NCBI GenBank assembly: GCA_021774255.1
Contig: JAJFJF010000009.1
Span: 1,658-65,657, forward strand
Reading direction: 5' to 3'
DNA length: 64,000 nucleotides
Source of the DNA: Gammaproteobacteria bacterium
GTDB taxonomy: Bacteria; Pseudomonadota; Gammaproteobacteria; JAJFJF01
Every line of letters starts with the position of its first letter. Positions within the stretch are counted from its first letter, which is position 1. A model generated the notes under the pieces. The model worked only from the letters and a program-made list of their open reading frames with translations. It searched no databases and was not told where the DNA came from. This document shows positions 35,123 through 46,631 of this stretch, piece after piece. Position numbers and translations under genes: made by a program.

Positions 35123-35398
35123 GTGCCGCGATCGCTAAAAAAAGGGCCTTTTATTGACTTGCACTTAGCTAAAAAAGTGGAAGTGGCAACAGCAAGCCAA
35201 GATCGTCGACCCATTAAAACATGGTCAAGACGTTCAATGGTCACACCGGATATGGTGGGTTTAACCATTGCTGTCCACAATGGCCGACAACATGTGCCTG
35301 TGTACATGACTGAAAACATGGTGGGACACAAACTCGGAGAATTTGCGGTCACCCGCACATTCCGTGGCCACGTCGCTGATAAAAAAGCGAAGAAATAA
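35123..35398 (+). CDS. rpsS: 30S ribosomal protein S19
   Basis: GTG start. [11 protein letters not shown].. is recognisably S19. Confidence 0.97.
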   Translation: MPRSLKKGPFIDLHLAKKVEVATASQDRRPIKTWSRRSMVTPDMVGLTIAVHNGRQHVPVYMTENMVGHKLGEFAVTRTFRGHVADKKAKK

Positions 35399-35431
35399 AC
35401 GTTAAACGGTTAAACGGTAGAGTTAAGCAAA

Positions 35432-35764
35432 ATGATGGTAGCGGCAAAATTAAAAATGATTAGGCTTTCGGCGCAAAAAGCGCGGTTAGTCGCCGATCAG
35501 ATACGTGGCTTAGCAGTCGACAAGGCGTTAAATTTGTTGCAGTTTAGTCCTAAGAAAGCAGCGGTGCTGATTAAAAAATGTTTGGAATCGGCCATTGCCA
35601 ATGCTGAGAACAACGAAGGGGCTGATATTGATGAGCTTAAAGTGGCCCTTATTTATGTTGATGAAGGGCCGACCTTAAAGCGCATGCGTGCACGCGCGAA
35701 AGGGCGGGCTAACCGAATTTTAAAGCGAACCTGCCATATTACGGTCAAGGTGTCCGATGAGTAA
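35432..35764 (+). CDS. rplV: 50S ribosomal protein L22
   Basis: Translation is recognisably L22. Operon order. Confidence 0.96.
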   Translation: MMVAAKLKMIRLSAQKARLVADQIRGLAVDKALNLLQFSPKKAAVLIKKCLESAIANAENNEGADIDELKVALIYVDEGPTLKRMRARAKGRANRILKRTCHITVKVSDE

Positions 35765-35782
35765 GAAAGGTTAAAAAATATT

Positions 35783-36487
35783 ATGGGTCAAAAAGTACAT
35801 CCTACCGGTTACCGCCTCGGTGTGATCAAAGATTGGTCATCTACCTGGTATGCTGATCCTAAACAGTATTCAGAGTATTTGCTGGCTGATTTAAAAGTAC
35901 GTGACTTTTTAGAGAAAAAATTAGCACACGCGTCAGTGAGTCGTATTGACATTGAACGCCCTGCGCAAAGTGCCCGCATTGCGATTCATTCAGCGCGCCC
36001 GGGTATCGTGATAGGCAAGCGCGGTGAAGATATTGAAAAACTGCGTGCGGAAGTGAGCAAGTTATTAGGTACGCCTACACAGGTGACCATTGAAGAAGTA
36101 CGCAAACCCGAATTAGACGCGAAATTGGTGGCCAGCGGTGTGGCACAGCAAATTGAGCGACGCATCATGTATCGTCGTGCCATGAAGCGTGCGGTGACCA
36201 ACACCATGCGAGCCGGTGCCGAAGGCATTAAAATTGCACTGGCGGGCCGTTTAAATGGCGCAGAAATTGCCCGCAACGAATGGTATCGAGAAGGCCGCGT
36301 GCCGCTGCATACCCTGCGTGCCGATATTGATTATGCGCTGGTCGAAGCCAATACCACCTACGGTATTATTGGCATCAAGGTGTGGATTTTTAGAGGTGAA
36401 ATACGCCCAGAAGACAAACGCCAAATGGCATTAAATGCGGTGGCAGCCAATGCTGCTCCGGAAGAAGCAAGCGAAGCAAAAAAATAG
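35783..36487 (+). CDS. rpsC: 30S ribosomal protein S3
   Basis: [13 protein letters not shown].. is recognisably S3. Confidence 0.97.
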   Translation: MGQKVHPTGYRLGVIKDWSSTWYADPKQYSEYLLADLKVRDFLEKKLAHASVSRIDIERPAQSARIAIHSARPGIVIGKRGEDIEKLRAEVSKLLGTPTQVTIEEVRKPELDAKLVASGVAQQIERRIMYRRAMKRAVTNTMRAGAEGIKIALAGRLNGAEIARNEWYREGRVPLHTLRADIDYALVEANTTYGIIGIKVWIFRGEIRPEDKRQMALNAVAANAAPEEASEAKK

Positions 36488-36507
36488 CAACAGCAAAGTA
36501 CTGACCG

Positions 36508-36921
36508 ATGTTACAACCGAAAAAAACAAAATTTCGTAAACAGTTTAAAGGCCGTAATCGTGGTGAAGCGACGCGTGGCGCCAAGGTTAGCTTTGGTGAG
36601 TTTGGCATGAAAACGACTGAGCGTGGTCGTATCACGGCTCGCCAAATTGAAGCAGCACGGCGTGCGATGACCCGTCACATTAAACGGGGTGGTCGTGTGT
36701 GGATACGTCTTTTCCCCGATAAACCGATTACGAAAAAGCCATTAGAAGTCAGGCAAGGTAAAGGGAAAGGGAATGTCGAGTACTGGGTAGCACTCGTGCA
36801 ACCTGGTCGTATTTTGTATGAAATGGAAGGCGTGACTGAAGAAGTGGCTCGCCGCGCATTTCAACTGGCCTCAGCAAAATTACCGGTGAAAACCACCTTT
36901 GTGACCCGGACGGTGATGTGA
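36508..36921 (+). CDS. rplP: 50S ribosomal protein L16
   Basis: [19 protein letters not shown].. is recognisably L16. Confidence 0.97.
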   Translation: MLQPKKTKFRKQFKGRNRGEATRGAKVSFGEFGMKTTERGRITARQIEAARRAMTRHIKRGGRVWIRLFPDKPITKKPLEVRQGKGKGNVEYWVALVQPGRILYEMEGVTEEVARRAFQLASAKLPVKTTFVTRTVM

Positions 36922-37118
36922 TGAAAGCAGCTGATTTAAGAGAAAAAGATATTCCTGAGTTAAATAAGCAAGTAATGAATTTATTGCGTGAGCAATTTAA
37001 TTTGCGCATACAACACAGTACCGGGCAATTAGCGCAGACTCATCAACTCAATAGAGTGCGTCGCGATATTGCGCGAACCCGAACGATTTTGCGCGAGAAA
37101 GAAGGTGCCGCAGCATGA
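36918..37118 (+). CDS. rpmC: 50S ribosomal protein L29
   Basis: 66 aa. Overlaps rplP stop. Recognisably L29. Confidence 0.95.
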   Translation: MMKAADLREKDIPELNKQVMNLLREQFNLRIQHSTGQLAQTHQLNRVRRDIARTRTILREKEGAAA

Positions 37119-37375
37119 CTAAACCCAATACCAGTGCGAAAACGCTGACCGGAAAAGTGGTCAGTAACAAAATGAATAAAACCATCGTGGTGCAGGTTGA
37201 GCGTAAAATTAAGCATCCTTTGTACGGTAAGTACATTAAGCGCTCCACTAAAATATCTGCGCATGATGAAAACAATGCACATAAGATTGGTGACGTGGTG
37301 ACGATTGCTGAGTGCCGCCCATTGTCTAAAACAAAAAGTTGGGCAGTGGTTGAATCTGCGGAGGCAGCAGCATGA
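37115..37375 (+). CDS. rpsQ: 30S ribosomal protein S17
   Basis: 86 aa. [16 protein letters not shown].. is recognisably S17. Confidence 0.96.
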   Translation: MTKPNTSAKTLTGKVVSNKMNKTIVVQVERKIKHPLYGKYIKRSTKISAHDENNAHKIGDVVTIAECRPLSKTKSWAVVESAEAAA

Positions 37376-37737
37376 TCCAAACAGAAACGCGACTGCAAGT
37401 AGCAGACAACAGTGGTGCGCGCTCCGTTGCCTGTATTAAGGTGCTCGGTGGTTCGCATCGACGTTATGCGAATATTGGCGACATCATTAAGGTCAGCATT
37501 AAAGAGGCCATCCCACGCGGGAAGGTCAAAAAAGGTGAGGTGTTCAACGCGGTTGTTGTGCGTACCTGCCATGGGGTGCGACGCCAAGATGGTTCTAAAA
37601 TACGCTTTGATAGCAATGCGGTGGTGATATTAAACGCACAGCAGGAACCCATCGGTACACGTATTTTTGGCCCCGTGACCCGTGAGTTGCGCAAAAAGTT
37701 TATGAAGATTATTTCGTTAGCGCCTGAGGTGCTGTAA
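37372..37737 (+). CDS. rplN: 50S ribosomal protein L14
   Basis: [17 protein letters not shown].. is recognisably L14. Confidence 0.98.
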   Translation: MIQTETRLQVADNSGARSVACIKVLGGSHRRYANIGDIIKVSIKEAIPRGKVKKGEVFNAVVVRTCHGVRRQDGSKIRFDSNAVVILNAQQEPIGTRIFGPVTRELRKKFMKIISLAPEVL

Positions 37738-37762
37738 CGCGTTAAAGCGAAGCGAGTCGAGT

Positions 37763-38080
37763 ATGCAAAAGATTAAAAAAGGCGATGAAGTGGTTGTGCT
37801 TGCCGGCAGAGATAAAGGCCGCCAAGGGGTCGTGCAGAAAATACTGTCTAAAGGCCGCACGTTTGTTGAAGGTATTAATTTAGTGAAAAAACACACTAAA
37901 GGTAACCCACAGCAAGGCACGGCAGGGGGCATCCTCGAGAAAGAAGCCTCTATTCATTTGTCTAATATTGCTGTGTTTAATCCGTTGACGAAAAAAGCGG
38001 ATCGCGTGGGCATTAAGACGTTAGAAGATGGTCGAAAAGTGCGTTATTTTAAGTCAAACGGCGAATTGGTCGACGTATAA
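37763..38080 (+). CDS. rplX: 50S ribosomal protein L24
   Basis: [17 protein letters not shown].. KOW motif. Recognisably L24. Confidence 0.97.
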   Translation: MQKIKKGDEVVVLAGRDKGRQGVVQKILSKGRTFVEGINLVKKHTKGNPQQGTAGGILEKEASIHLSNIAVFNPLTKKADRVGIKTLEDGRKVRYFKSNGELVDV

Positions 38081-38093
38081 GGTAGAAGAGAAA

Positions 38094-38648
38094 ATGGCCC
38101 GACTAAAAACCTTTTATACAGAAAAAGTTGTTCCCGCTTTACAGGAAAAATTTTCCTATAAAAGCGTGATGGAAGTACCTCGCATCAAAAAAATCACATT
38201 GAATATGGGGTTAGGTGATGCGGTGAGCAATAAAAAAATCATTGAGCATGCTGTCAGTGACATGACAAAAATTGCTGGGCAAAAACCGATTGTGACATTG
38301 GCCAGAAAATCAATTGCGGGGTTTAAAATCCGTGCAGGTTGGCCAATTGGTTGCAAAGTCACGTTGCGTGGCTCACACATGTATGAATTTTTTGATCGTT
38401 TGGTGTCTATTGCGATACCGCGTATCCGTGATTTTCGTGGTTTGAACCCGAAAGCATTTGATGGCCATGGCAACTACACCTTGGGTGTGCGCGAGCAAAT
38501 CGTCTTCCCAGAAATCGATTATGACAAGATTGATGCTTTGCGTGGTTTAGACATTACCATCACGACATCAGCAAAAACAGATGAAGAAGGGCGGGCGTTG
38601 TTGCAGGCGTTTAGCTTTCCGATGAAAAAAATAAAAGGTGAGTCGTAA
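38094..38648 (+). CDS. rplE: 50S ribosomal protein L5
   Basis: Start taken at [12 protein letters not shown]. The track start at 38028 would overlap rplX by 53 nt. Confidence 0.96.
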   Translation: MARLKTFYTEKVVPALQEKFSYKSVMEVPRIKKITLNMGLGDAVSNKKIIEHAVSDMTKIAGQKPIVTLARKSIAGFKIRAGWPIGCKVTLRGSHMYEFFDRLVSIAIPRIRDFRGLNPKAFDGHGNYTLGVREQIVFPEIDYDKIDALRGLDITITTSAKTDEEGRALLQAFSFPMKKIKGES

Positions 38649-38953
38649 TGTCTAAAGTATCCATTGTTGAACGGCAAAAACGACGTGAAGCGTTAGTGGC
38701 TAAATATGCAAGCAAACGTGCTGCGCTAAAAGCACAGGTTGTTGATGGCAGCCTGAGCTTAGAACAGCGTTGGGAAGCGCAAAAACAATTACAACAGTTA
38801 CCGCGAAATGCGAGCCCGGTACGTTTGGTTAATCGTTGTCAGCTAACCGGTCGGCCACGCGGTGTATTTCGTCGTTTTCAATTAGGGCGTAATAAGCTGC
38901 GTGAAATGGCAATGCGCGGAGATGTTCCTGGCGTGGTCAAGGCCAGTTGGTAG
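38648..38953 (+). CDS. rpsN: 30S ribosomal protein S14
   Basis: 101 aa. Ends ..[11 protein letters not shown]. Recognisably S14. Confidence 0.97.
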   Translation: MSKVSIVERQKRREALVAKYASKRAALKAQVVDGSLSLEQRWEAQKQLQQLPRNASPVRLVNRCQLTGRPRGVFRRFQLGRNKLREMAMRGDVPGVVKASW

Positions 38954-38970
38954 AGAGAGGCAAATAGAAA

Positions 38971-39366
38971 ATGAGTATGCAAGATCCCATCGCCGACATG
39001 CTAGCTAGGTTACGTAACGCTGGGTTACGAAAACATCCAGAAGTTAGCATGCCATCCTCAAAGCCAAAAGCAGCGATTGCGAATGTGCTAAAAGAAGCAG
39101 GCTATATTACCGATTTCCAGATTGATGAAACGGATAACAAATCTGTGCTGACATGTGCTTTAAAATACCATGAAGGCAAACCGGTCATCGAATCAATGAA
39201 ACGTGTGAGTCGCCCAGGGTTGCGCGTGTATAAATCATGCAATGAATTGCCCACCGTTTTAGGGGGGTTAGGTATTGCCGTGGTGTCTACATCAAAAGGT
39301 GTCATGACCGACAAAGCGGCACGCGCTGTAGGTCATGGTGGCGAAATACTTTGCTACGTTACTTAA
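38971..39366 (+). CDS. rpsH: 30S ribosomal protein S8
   Basis: [17 protein letters not shown].. is recognisably S8. Confidence 0.97.
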   Translation: MSMQDPIADMLARLRNAGLRKHPEVSMPSSKPKAAIANVLKEAGYITDFQIDETDNKSVLTCALKYHEGKPVIESMKRVSRPGLRVYKSCNELPTVLGGLGIAVVSTSKGVMTDKAARAVGHGGEILCYVT

Positions 39367-39384
39367 AGAGTAGGAAAATTATTC

Positions 39385-39918
39385 ATGTCACGTATTGCTA
39401 AACAACCGATTCCAGTGCCTCAAGGCGTTGAAATTAAAATGAGTGCCGGTACCGTTACCGTAAAAGGCGGCAAAACCACGCTGCAGCATGTGTTGCACCC
39501 CAGTGTGCGCCTTGAGCAGCAAGAAGATGTGCTAGCGGTTTCAGCAAAAGACGGTAGTCGCGAGGCGGATATGCAAGCCGGCACCGCGCGCGCCTTAGTC
39601 AACAATATGATCGTCGGTGTGAGCCAAGGTTTTGAACGTAAACTTGAATTAAAAGGTGTCGGTTACCGTGCTCAGGTGCAAGGGGAAAATTTAAATTTAA
39701 CACTGGGTTTTTCTCACCCCGTGGTGTTTCCTATTCCTGAAGGTGTGTCTATTGAAGCACCCTCACAAACGGAACTCGTTATAAAAGGGGCTGACAAACA
39801 GCAAGTCGGGCAAGTTGCCGCTAATATCCGCGCGTATCGTCCACCGGAACCTTATAAAGGTAAAGGCGTACGTTATGCTGATGAGACGGTGATCTTGAAA
39901 GAAGCGAAGAAGAAATAA
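39385..39918 (+). CDS. rplF: 50S ribosomal protein L6
   Basis: [16 protein letters not shown].. is recognisably L6. Confidence 0.97.
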   Translation: MSRIAKQPIPVPQGVEIKMSAGTVTVKGGKTTLQHVLHPSVRLEQQEDVLAVSAKDGSREADMQAGTARALVNNMIVGVSQGFERKLELKGVGYRAQVQGENLNLTLGFSHPVVFPIPEGVSIEAPSQTELVIKGADKQQVGQVAANIRAYRPPEPYKGKGVRYADETVILKEAKKK

Positions 39919-39922
39919 GATC

Positions 39923-40282
39923 ATGATAAACAAAAAAACAACCCGTTTACGCCGTGCAAAACGTGCGCGTGCAAAACAGCGCGAATTACTTGCTTTGCGT
40001 TTAAGTGTGCACCGCACCTTGCAACATATTTACGCGCAAATTATTGACAGCAAAGATGCCAGTGTTGTCGTGAGCACGTCCACGTTAGATAAAACGTTGC
40101 GTGATGAATTAAAAGGTAAAAGTGGTAATCGCGAAGCGGCCGCGTTGGTGGGCAAGCGTGTGGCAGCGCTTGCAAAAGAAAAAGGCATTGAACAGGTAGC
40201 ATTTGATCGCTCAGGCTTCAAATATCATGGCCGCGTGAAAGCATTAGCCGATGCGGCTCGGGAAGCTGGGCTGACATTCTAG
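39923..40282 (+). CDS. rplR: 50S ribosomal protein L18
   Basis: Translation is recognisably L18. spc operon order. Confidence 0.96.
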   Translation: MINKKTTRLRRAKRARAKQRELLALRLSVHRTLQHIYAQIIDSKDASVVVSTSTLDKTLRDELKGKSGNREAAALVGKRVAALAKEKGIEQVAFDRSGFKYHGRVKALADAAREAGLTF

Positions 40283-40316
40283 AAACAGACATTAGGTTGA
40301 ATTAAAAGGTTAGATT

Positions 40317-40817
40317 ATGGCAAGAGAAGCAACAGACAGCGCTGAAGGCTTAATTGAAAAGCTGGTCTTTGTGAATCGCAACGCTAAGGTTGTGAAGGGT
40401 GGCCGTATCTTTAGTTTTTCTGCACTGACCGTAGTCGGTGATGGCGAAGGCAAAGTGGGTTTTGGTCGTGGTAAAGCGCGTGAAGTGCCTGCTGCTATTC
40501 AAAAAGCAATGGAAAATGCCCGCCGTGATATGCAGTGGATTGAGCTCAATGGCCCCACATTACATTACCCATTGATTGGCGTGCATGCAGGCACCAAAGT
40601 GGTGATGCAGCCTGCATCAGAAGGTACCGGTATTATTGCCGGCGGTGCGATGCGTCCTATTTTTGAAGTGGTGGGTGTGCATGATGTCTTAGCTAAAATT
40701 ATTGGCTCAACGAACCCAGTCAATGTCGTGCGCGCAACGATAAAAGCATTACTTAACATGCATTCGCCAGAACATATTGCTGCAAAACGTGGCAAGCCAG
40801 TGGAGGCGGTTGTTTAA
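40317..40817 (+). CDS. rpsE: 30S ribosomal protein S5
   Basis: Translation is recognisably S5 ([25 protein letters not shown]). Confidence 0.97.
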   Translation: MAREATDSAEGLIEKLVFVNRNAKVVKGGRIFSFSALTVVGDGEGKVGFGRGKAREVPAAIQKAMENARRDMQWIELNGPTLHYPLIGVHAGTKVVMQPASEGTGIIAGGAMRPIFEVVGVHDVLAKIIGSTNPVNVVRATIKALLNMHSPEHIAAKRGKPVEAVV

Positions 40818-40835
40818 ACATCGTATATAAACATC

Positions 40836-41021
40836 ATGGCAGCAAAAAATTTACGCTTAACATTAATACGCAGTCCCATTGGCCGCTTACCCAAACATAA
40901 AGCTTGCTTGCAAGGTTTAGGTTTGCGCCGGATGCGCCAAACCGTTGAAGTGCAAGATACCCCTTGTAATCGTGGCATGGTGAATAAAGTGGCTTACATG
41001 CTACAAGTTGAGGAATGCTAG
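40836..41021 (+). CDS. rpmD: 50S ribosomal protein L30
   Basis: 61 aa. Recognisably L30. Confidence 0.95.
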   Translation: MAAKNLRLTLIRSPIGRLPKHKACLQGLGLRRMRQTVEVQDTPCNRGMVNKVAYMLQVEEC

Positions 41022-41022
41022 T

Positions 41023-41472
41023 ATGCAGTTAAATACATTATCTCCCGCGCCGGGTTCACGTCCTGCCAAAAATCGTGTTGGGCGAGGCATTGGTTCTGGT
41101 TCAGGTAAAACCTGTGGTCGAGGCCATAAAGGGCAACACGCACGCTCAGGTGGTTATCACAAAGTGGGTTTTGAAGGTGGTCAAATGCCACTGCAAATGC
41201 GTTTACCCAAATTTGGTTTTACCTCACGTCGCAAATCACGCGTTGGGCAAGTACGCTTGCACGAATTAGCAAAAATCACTGCCGATGTGATCGACTTAGC
41301 GGCGCTCAAGGCGGCAGGTTTAGTCGATGCGCAAGTTGAAAAAGCCAAAGTCTTTTTGTCAGGGAGTTTAGACAAAGCCGTCACGTTACAAGGTATTGCG
41401 GTGACCAAAGGGGCACGCGACATCATTGAGCGCCAAGGTGGCAAAATTCAAGACAGTGGAACAACAGCATAA
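41023..41472 (+). CDS. rplO: 50S ribosomal protein L15
   Basis: Start taken at [13 protein letters not shown], just after the rpmD stop. Gly-rich basic N-terminal part typical of L15. Confidence 0.96.
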   Translation: MQLNTLSPAPGSRPAKNRVGRGIGSGSGKTCGRGHKGQHARSGGYHKVGFEGGQMPLQMRLPKFGFTSRRKSRVGQVRLHELAKITADVIDLAALKAAGLVDAQVEKAKVFLSGSLDKAVTLQGIAVTKGARDIIERQGGKIQDSGTTA

Positions 41473-42797
41473 TGGCCCTACCAGGACAGTCTAAAAATGC
41501 AAGCCAAGGTGGCGGTTTAAGTGAATTAAAACGGCGCCTGCTGTTTGTGCTGGGCGCGATTATCGTTTTCCGGATTGGCGCACACGTACCCGTACCGGGT
41601 GTTGACCCTGTTCGTTTAGCAATGTTATTTGAAGAGCTGCAAAATACCTTGCTGGGCTTCTTTAATATGTTTTCCGGTGGTGCTTTAAGTCGTCTATCTG
41701 TGTTTGCACTTGGTATCATGCCTTATATTTCGGCGGCGATTATTATGCAGCTGCTGACAGCCGTCTCGCCCACGCTCAGTCAATTGAAAAAAGAAGGTGA
41801 AGCGGGCCGTCGTAAAATTACGCAATACACACGTTATGGTACGGTCTTTTTAGCGACCTTCCAGGCGATTGGTGTTTCAAAATATTTAGCCAGCTCAGGG
41901 ATCGCGCTAGACCCGGGTTTCATTTTTTACTTTACCGCGGTCGTGACCTTGGTCACCGGTACCATGTTCTTGATGTGGTTAGGTGAGCAAGTGACAGAGC
42001 GGGGTATCGGTAACGGTATTTCGATTATCATTTTTGCGGGTATTGTGGCGGGCTTACCTGCCGCATTAGGGCAAACCTTTGAGCAGTTACGTCAAGGGCA
42101 GATACACGCGATTGGCGTGCTTATTTTGTTATTTTTGGTGCTGGCGGTCACGGCGTTTGTCGTGTTTGTCGAAAAAGGACAGAGGCGGATCACGGTCAAT
42201 TACGCCAAGCGGCAGCAAGGGCGTAAAATGTATGCTGCGCAAACCAGCCATTTGCCATTAAAAATTAATATGGCCGGTGTGATACCGCCCATCTTTGCGT
42301 CCAGTATCATTATGTTTCCTGCGACGTTAGGGCAGTGGTTTGGTTCAAGCACCAATACCTGGTTGACGGATATCGGCTTAGCGCTCTCGCCGGGGCAGCC
42401 CTTATTTATCTTATTTTATGCTGCCGCCATTGTGTTTTTCTGCTTTTTCTATACAGCGTTAGTGTTTAACCCCAAAGACACGGCCGATAATCTTAAGCGC
42501 TCGGGTGCTTTTATTCCGGGTATTCGTCCAGGTGAACAGACGGCAAGTTATATCGATGGTGTGATGTCACGTTTGACCTTATTTGGCGCGCTTTATATTA
42601 CCGCTGTGTCGCTGATGCCTGAATTTTTACGGATGTTTTGGCAGATCCCATTCTACTTTGGCGGTACATCACTATTGATTATTGTGGTGGTCACGATGGA
42701 CTTTATGGGGCAAGTGCAGACCCACTTAATGTCGCACCAATACGAGTCCTTGATGAAGAAGGCCAAGCTAAAATCTGGAGGTCGGGGGTTAATATGA
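41472..42797 (+). CDS. secY: Preprotein translocase subunit SecY
   Basis: 441 aa, multi-TM, recognisable SecY blocks. Position is rplO-secY-rpmJ. Confidence 0.97.
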   Translation: MALPGQSKNASQGGGLSELKRRLLFVLGAIIVFRIGAHVPVPGVDPVRLAMLFEELQNTLLGFFNMFSGGALSRLSVFALGIMPYISAAIIMQLLTAVSPTLSQLKKEGEAGRRKITQYTRYGTVFLATFQAIGVSKYLASSGIALDPGFIFYFTAVVTLVTGTMFLMWLGEQVTERGIGNGISIIIFAGIVAGLPAALGQTFEQLRQGQIHAIGVLILLFLVLAVTAFVVFVEKGQRRITVNYAKRQQGRKMYAAQTSHLPLKINMAGVIPPIFASSIIMFPATLGQWFGSSTNTWLTDIGLALSPGQPLFILFYAAAIVFFCFFYTALVFNPKDTADNLKRSGAFIPGIRPGEQTASYIDGVMSRLTLFGALYITAVSLMPEFLRMFWQIPFYFGGTSLLIIVVVTMDFMGQVQTHLMSHQYESLMKKAKLKSGGRGLI

Positions 42798-42907
42798 AAG
42801 TACAAGCATCGGTTAAGAAAATCTGTCGAAACTGCAAGATTGTCCGCCGTAAAGGTGTGATACGGGTCATCTGTAAAGAGGCTAAGCATAAGCAAAGGCA
42901 GGGCTAG
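42794..42907 (+). CDS. rpmJ: 50S ribosomal protein L36
   Basis: [41 protein letters not shown] overlap with the secY stop. Confidence 0.95.
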   Translation: MKVQASVKKICRNCKIVRRKGVIRVICKEAKHKQRQG

Positions 42908-42910
42908 AAA

Positions 42911-42932
42911 CATCTTGCCATACAGCAAGATG
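42911..42932 (+). promoter_or_regulatory. Perfect 8-bp stem hairpin in the rpsM 5' leader (candidate part of an S4-responsive leader structure)
   Basis: CATCTTGC cataca GCAAGATG read directly. In E. coli the rpsM leader carries the S4 autoregulatory pseudoknot. Equivalence here is inference. Confidence 0.35.
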
Positions 42933-42972
42933 CCCGGTAATATTTAAGGTTTAAGTTGGAGATTAGTATAAA

Positions 42973-43329
42973 ATGGCTCGTGTAGCGGGTATAAATATTC
43001 CTGATGGAAAACATGCAGTTATCGCTCTTCAAGCGATCTACGGCATTGGAGCAACGCGCGCTGCTGCGATATGTGATGCGGTGAGTGTTAATCCATCCAC
43101 CAAAATAAAAGATTTAGACAGCGCAGAGCTTGAAGCCCTGCGTACTGGCGTCGCTAATCTACAAGTAGAAGGCGATTTACGCCGTGAAGTAGCGATGAAT
43201 ATTAAGCGCTTGATGGATTTAGGCTGTTTTCGTGGCATTCGCCACCGCCGAGGCTTGCCGGTGCATGGTCAACGCACCAAAACCAATGCCCGCACGCGTA
43301 AGGGGCCTCGTAAGCCCATACGGAAATAA
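42973..43329 (+). CDS. rpsM: 30S ribosomal protein S13
   Basis: [14 protein letters not shown].. is recognisably S13. Confidence 0.97.
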   Translation: MARVAGINIPDGKHAVIALQAIYGIGATRAAAICDAVSVNPSTKIKDLDSAELEALRTGVANLQVEGDLRREVAMNIKRLMDLGCFRGIRHRRGLPVHGQRTKTNARTRKGPRKPIRK

Positions 43330-43344
43330 AAGGTGAAATTCAAG

Positions 43345-43638
43345 ATGTCTAAAACACTTAGAGCTAGGCATATTTTGGTTAATGATCAAAATATAGAGAT
43401 AGTGCCGGGCAGTTTTACATATGAAGAACGAAACTTTAGTTTTTCCTTAGAGTCCTCTGGTGAAAACGTAGACTTGAGGCGGAGTTTGCATTTTAATGAA
43501 AATAAAAATCAGGTAATAGCCGGCAACCTGAAATTTAGTAATGCTGTTTTGCTTGGGAATGGTGAAGTACATTTCGATGGACTCCCTTTAGAATTAGAGT
43601 TTGGGAGTGATCCTATTGTTATTTGTGAGGAAGTGTAA
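43345..43638 (+). CDS. Hypothetical 97-aa protein inserted between rpsM and rpsK
   Basis: Uninterrupted ORF with AAGGTG 9 nt upstream of the ATG at 43345. The track uses a GTG at 43333. Its stop overlaps the rpsK ATG (TAATG). It is visibly more AT-rich than the neighbours. I recognise no family. Confidence 0.5.
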   Translation: MSKTLRARHILVNDQNIEIVPGSFTYEERNFSFSLESSGENVDLRRSLHFNENKNQVIAGNLKFSNAVLLGNGEVHFDGLPLELEFGSDPIVICEEV

Positions 43639-44021
43639 TGGCGACTAAAACGCCAACGCGTAAAAAAATTAAAAAAACGATTGTTGATGGCATTGCGAAT
43701 ATCCATGCCTCTTTCAACAACACGCTGGTCTCTATTTCGGATCGCCAAGGTAATACCCTCTCATGGGCAACGGCTGGTGGTTCAGGTTTTCGAGGTTCAC
43801 GTAAAAGCACACCTTATGCGGCGCAAGTGGCTGCAAGAAAAGCAGCAACGCGTGCGCTGGAGTATGGCATGAAGAATTTGTCTGTGCGTGTCAAAGGCCC
43901 AGGGCCAGGGCGCGAATCTGCTGTACGGGCCTTAGGAGATGATTTTAAAATTACGGCGCTCATCGATGTCACGCCCATTCCGCATAATGGTTGTCGTCCA
44001 CCCAAAAAGCGTCGTGTGTAA
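43638..44021 (+). CDS. rpsK: 30S ribosomal protein S11
   Basis: Translation is recognisably S11 ([22 protein letters not shown]). Confidence 0.97.
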   Translation: MATKTPTRKKIKKTIVDGIANIHASFNNTLVSISDRQGNTLSWATAGGSGFRGSRKSTPYAAQVAARKAATRALEYGMKNLSVRVKGPGPGRESAVRALGDDFKITALIDVTPIPHNGCRPPKKRRV

Positions 44022-44059
44022 GCATTGATTGCATAACTAAATATAAGAGATAAAGTGGT

Positions 44060-44680
44060 ATGGCCAAATATAGAGGTCCAAAACTAAAATTAGCCCGTCG
44101 CGAAGGCACTGATCTGTTTTTAAAAAGCGGTGTGCGCGATATTGAAACAAAGTGCAAAATTGACACCTTGCCGGGGCCACCTTCTCAGAAACGTAGCCGT
44201 CTCACCGATTACGGTGTGCAGTTACGCGAGAAACAAAAATTAAAGCGTATATATGGTTTATTAGAGCGCCAGTTCCGTGCTTATTATGAAAAAGCAGATC
44301 GTTACAAAGGCTCAACTGGTGAAAATCTCTTACAACTTTTAGAAACCCGTTTAGATAATGTCGTTTACCGTATGGGTTTTGGTTCTACCCGCGCAGAAGC
44401 GCGCCAAATGGTGAATCACAAAAATATTGTCGTGAACGATAAATTAGTTAATATCCCTTCTTTTCGTGTGTCCCCCGACGATGTGGTGGGGCTACGAGAA
44501 AAAAGCAAAAATCAAGCACGTGTGCAGTCAGCCTTGACGTTAGCTGAGCAGCGCGAGCCTTGTGCCTGGATAGATGTTGATGCCAAAAAGAAACAAGGAG
44601 TCTTTAAAGCTATTCCAGAACGCTCTGACTTATCAGCCGATATTAATGAGCACCTTATAGTTGAGTTGTACTCTAAGTAA
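44060..44680 (+). CDS. rpsD: 30S ribosomal protein S4
   Basis: [23 protein letters not shown].. is recognisably S4. Confidence 0.97.
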   Translation: MAKYRGPKLKLARREGTDLFLKSGVRDIETKCKIDTLPGPPSQKRSRLTDYGVQLREKQKLKRIYGLLERQFRAYYEKADRYKGSTGENLLQLLETRLDNVVYRMGFGSTRAEARQMVNHKNIVVNDKLVNIPSFRVSPDDVVGLREKSKNQARVQSALTLAEQREPCAWIDVDAKKKQGVFKAIPERSDLSADINEHLIVELYSK

Positions 44681-44699
44681 CAGAAAAAGAGGTTTATCC

Positions 44700-45713
44700 A
44701 TGCAGATGACAGACTTAATGACGCCACGTTTGGTCGATATTGAAAATATCAGCCCAACACGAGCAAGGGTTACCTTAGAGCCACTGGAACGCGGTTTTGG
44801 TCATACATTAGGAAATGCCCTACGTCGAATTTTACTTTCCTCATTGCCCGGTTGTGCGGCAACAGAGGCAGACATCGAAGGCGTACTTCACGAATACTCT
44901 GCCATTGAAGGCGTGCAAGAAGATGTTGTTGATATTCTGCTGAATCTTAAAGGCTTGGCACTGAAGATGACGCAAGGCACAGAAGGCACAATTAAAATCA
45001 ATAAAACAGGCCCAGGCGTCGTGTTAGCAAGCGACATCGAATCAGGCCCGGGTATTGAAATCGTCAACCCTGATCATGTGATTGCGCACCTTGATCAAAA
45101 AGGTAAATTGAATTTAACCGCCAAAGTGATGCATGGCCGAGGTTATGAACCTGCGAGCAATCGCCGCCAAATCACAGTAGAAGGTGATGAAGAAGTGCCT
45201 AGCAGCACCATTGGCAAATTACACCTTGATGCAAGCTTTAGCCCATTACGACGTGTGACATACAGTGTTGAATCTGCGCGTGTGGAACAGCGCACCGACT
45301 TAGACAAGCTGATCATTGACCTTGAAAGCAACGGCACGGTTGAGCCCGAAGAAGCCATTCGTTACGCAGCCACCGTACTGCAAAAACAGCTGGTTTCATT
45401 CGTTGATCTTGAATCGATTGCTGAACCAGAGCTCACGAGAAAAGAGCCAGAGATTGATCCTATCTTATTGCGCCCTGTTGATGAATTAGAGTTAACCGTG
45501 CGTTCAGCAGACTGTTTAAAAGCAGAAAATATTTTCTTCATTGGTGATTTAGTGCAACGCACTGAAATGGAATTATTAAAAACCCCGAATTTGGGCAGAA
45601 AATCACTGAACGAAATTAAAGAAATACTCGATAGCCGCGGTTTAGCGCTAGGCCAAAAAATTGAAAACTGGCCAGAAGATAGCTCTGAACTGATCAATAA
45701 AATCGAGCAGTAA
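44700..45713 (+). CDS. rpoA: DNA-directed RNA polymerase subunit alpha
   Basis: Start at [30 protein letters not shown] motif. The track start at 44661 overlaps rpsD. Confidence 0.97.
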   Translation: MQMTDLMTPRLVDIENISPTRARVTLEPLERGFGHTLGNALRRILLSSLPGCAATEADIEGVLHEYSAIEGVQEDVVDILLNLKGLALKMTQGTEGTIKINKTGPGVVLASDIESGPGIEIVNPDHVIAHLDQKGKLNLTAKVMHGRGYEPASNRRQITVEGDEEVPSSTIGKLHLDASFSPLRRVTYSVESARVEQRTDLDKLIIDLESNGTVEPEEAIRYAATVLQKQLVSFVDLESIAEPELTRKEPEIDPILLRPVDELELTVRSADCLKAENIFFIGDLVQRTEMELLKTPNLGRKSLNEIKEILDSRGLALGQKIENWPEDSSELINKIEQ

Positions 45714-45741
45714 CAACTATCCCCTAAAATAATACACCATT

Positions 45742-46146
45742 ATGCGTCACAGAAAATCAGGCAAAAAGTTAAATCGTAACAGCAGTCATCGTATTGCCAT
45801 GTTTCGCAATATGGCTGCTTCACTTTTTAAGCATGAAATTATCAATACCACCTTGGTCAAAGCCAAAGAGCTGCGTCGTATCGCCGAGCCGTTGATTACG
45901 CTCGCCAAAGAAGACAGCGTGGCGCGTCGTCGCCTGGCGTTTGCTCGTTTGCGTGATCGCGACATGGTCACCAAATTGTTTGATGAGCTGGCGCCACGCT
46001 ATAAAGCCCGTCCGGGTGGCTATTTGCGTGTGCTGAAAAACGGCTTCCGCCAGGGCGATAAAGCCCCCATGGCATTGGTTGAGCTTGTTGATCGTCCTGC
46101 TTACCAAGAAACCGCTGAGGCGACTGCTGGCGAAACTGCCGAGTAG
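45742..46146 (+). CDS. rplQ: 50S ribosomal protein L17
   Basis: [17 protein letters not shown].. is recognisably L17. Last gene of the alpha operon. Confidence 0.97.
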   Translation: MRHRKSGKKLNRNSSHRIAMFRNMAASLFKHEIINTTLVKAKELRRIAEPLITLAKEDSVARRRLAFARLRDRDMVTKLFDELAPRYKARPGGYLRVLKNGFRQGDKAPMALVELVDRPAYQETAEATAGETAE

Positions 46147-46530
46147 TAGGGGCGCCAAAGGTCGCCCGCCCTGTCAGATATCAACCAACATAGTGCAACG
46201 AGGGGGAGCGCCTTCCACCAATCGTTAAAGCTTACTTTCTTTAATAAGCAAATTTAACATAATGTTTTTCGAGATATGGGTACCTATAACAATTTATAAT
46301 CAGCCCTATCTAGATTAAGGTGTTGTCTGATGAGAGGAACCAAAGGTCTTCCCCAGAGGTGGCTTACCAAGCAACATACAAAGGCAGCGCCGTGACTTTC
46401 CTTAATGCTGACAAGATTTATCATATTCATGATTTTTTTGTCTAGAACAGCAAAAAAATAAAATTTATTTATACTTTAAAATCAATCAATTACGTGTTTC
46501 TCCCCTGTTTGCCGGCTTGTTATTAGTGAT

Positions 46531-46570
46531 TTAATTAACTTACATTCGGATGTTACACCATATATAAAGA
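46531..46570 (+). promoter_or_regulatory. Cassette A promoter-like module (CTTAC-N8-GTTAC, TTACAT-N17-TATAAA)
   Basis: TTAATTAACTTACATTCGGATGTTACACCATATATAAAGA is conserved with 48331-48366 and 49581-49618. It reads as sigma70 -35/-10 with 17-nt spacing and lies 71 nt upstream of the ATG. Confidence 0.6.
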
Positions 46571-46631
46571 GTAAGTACAAGAAACGTAGCGTGCTCACTG
46601 AACAAAACAACAACCAAGCAACAGTAAGATC

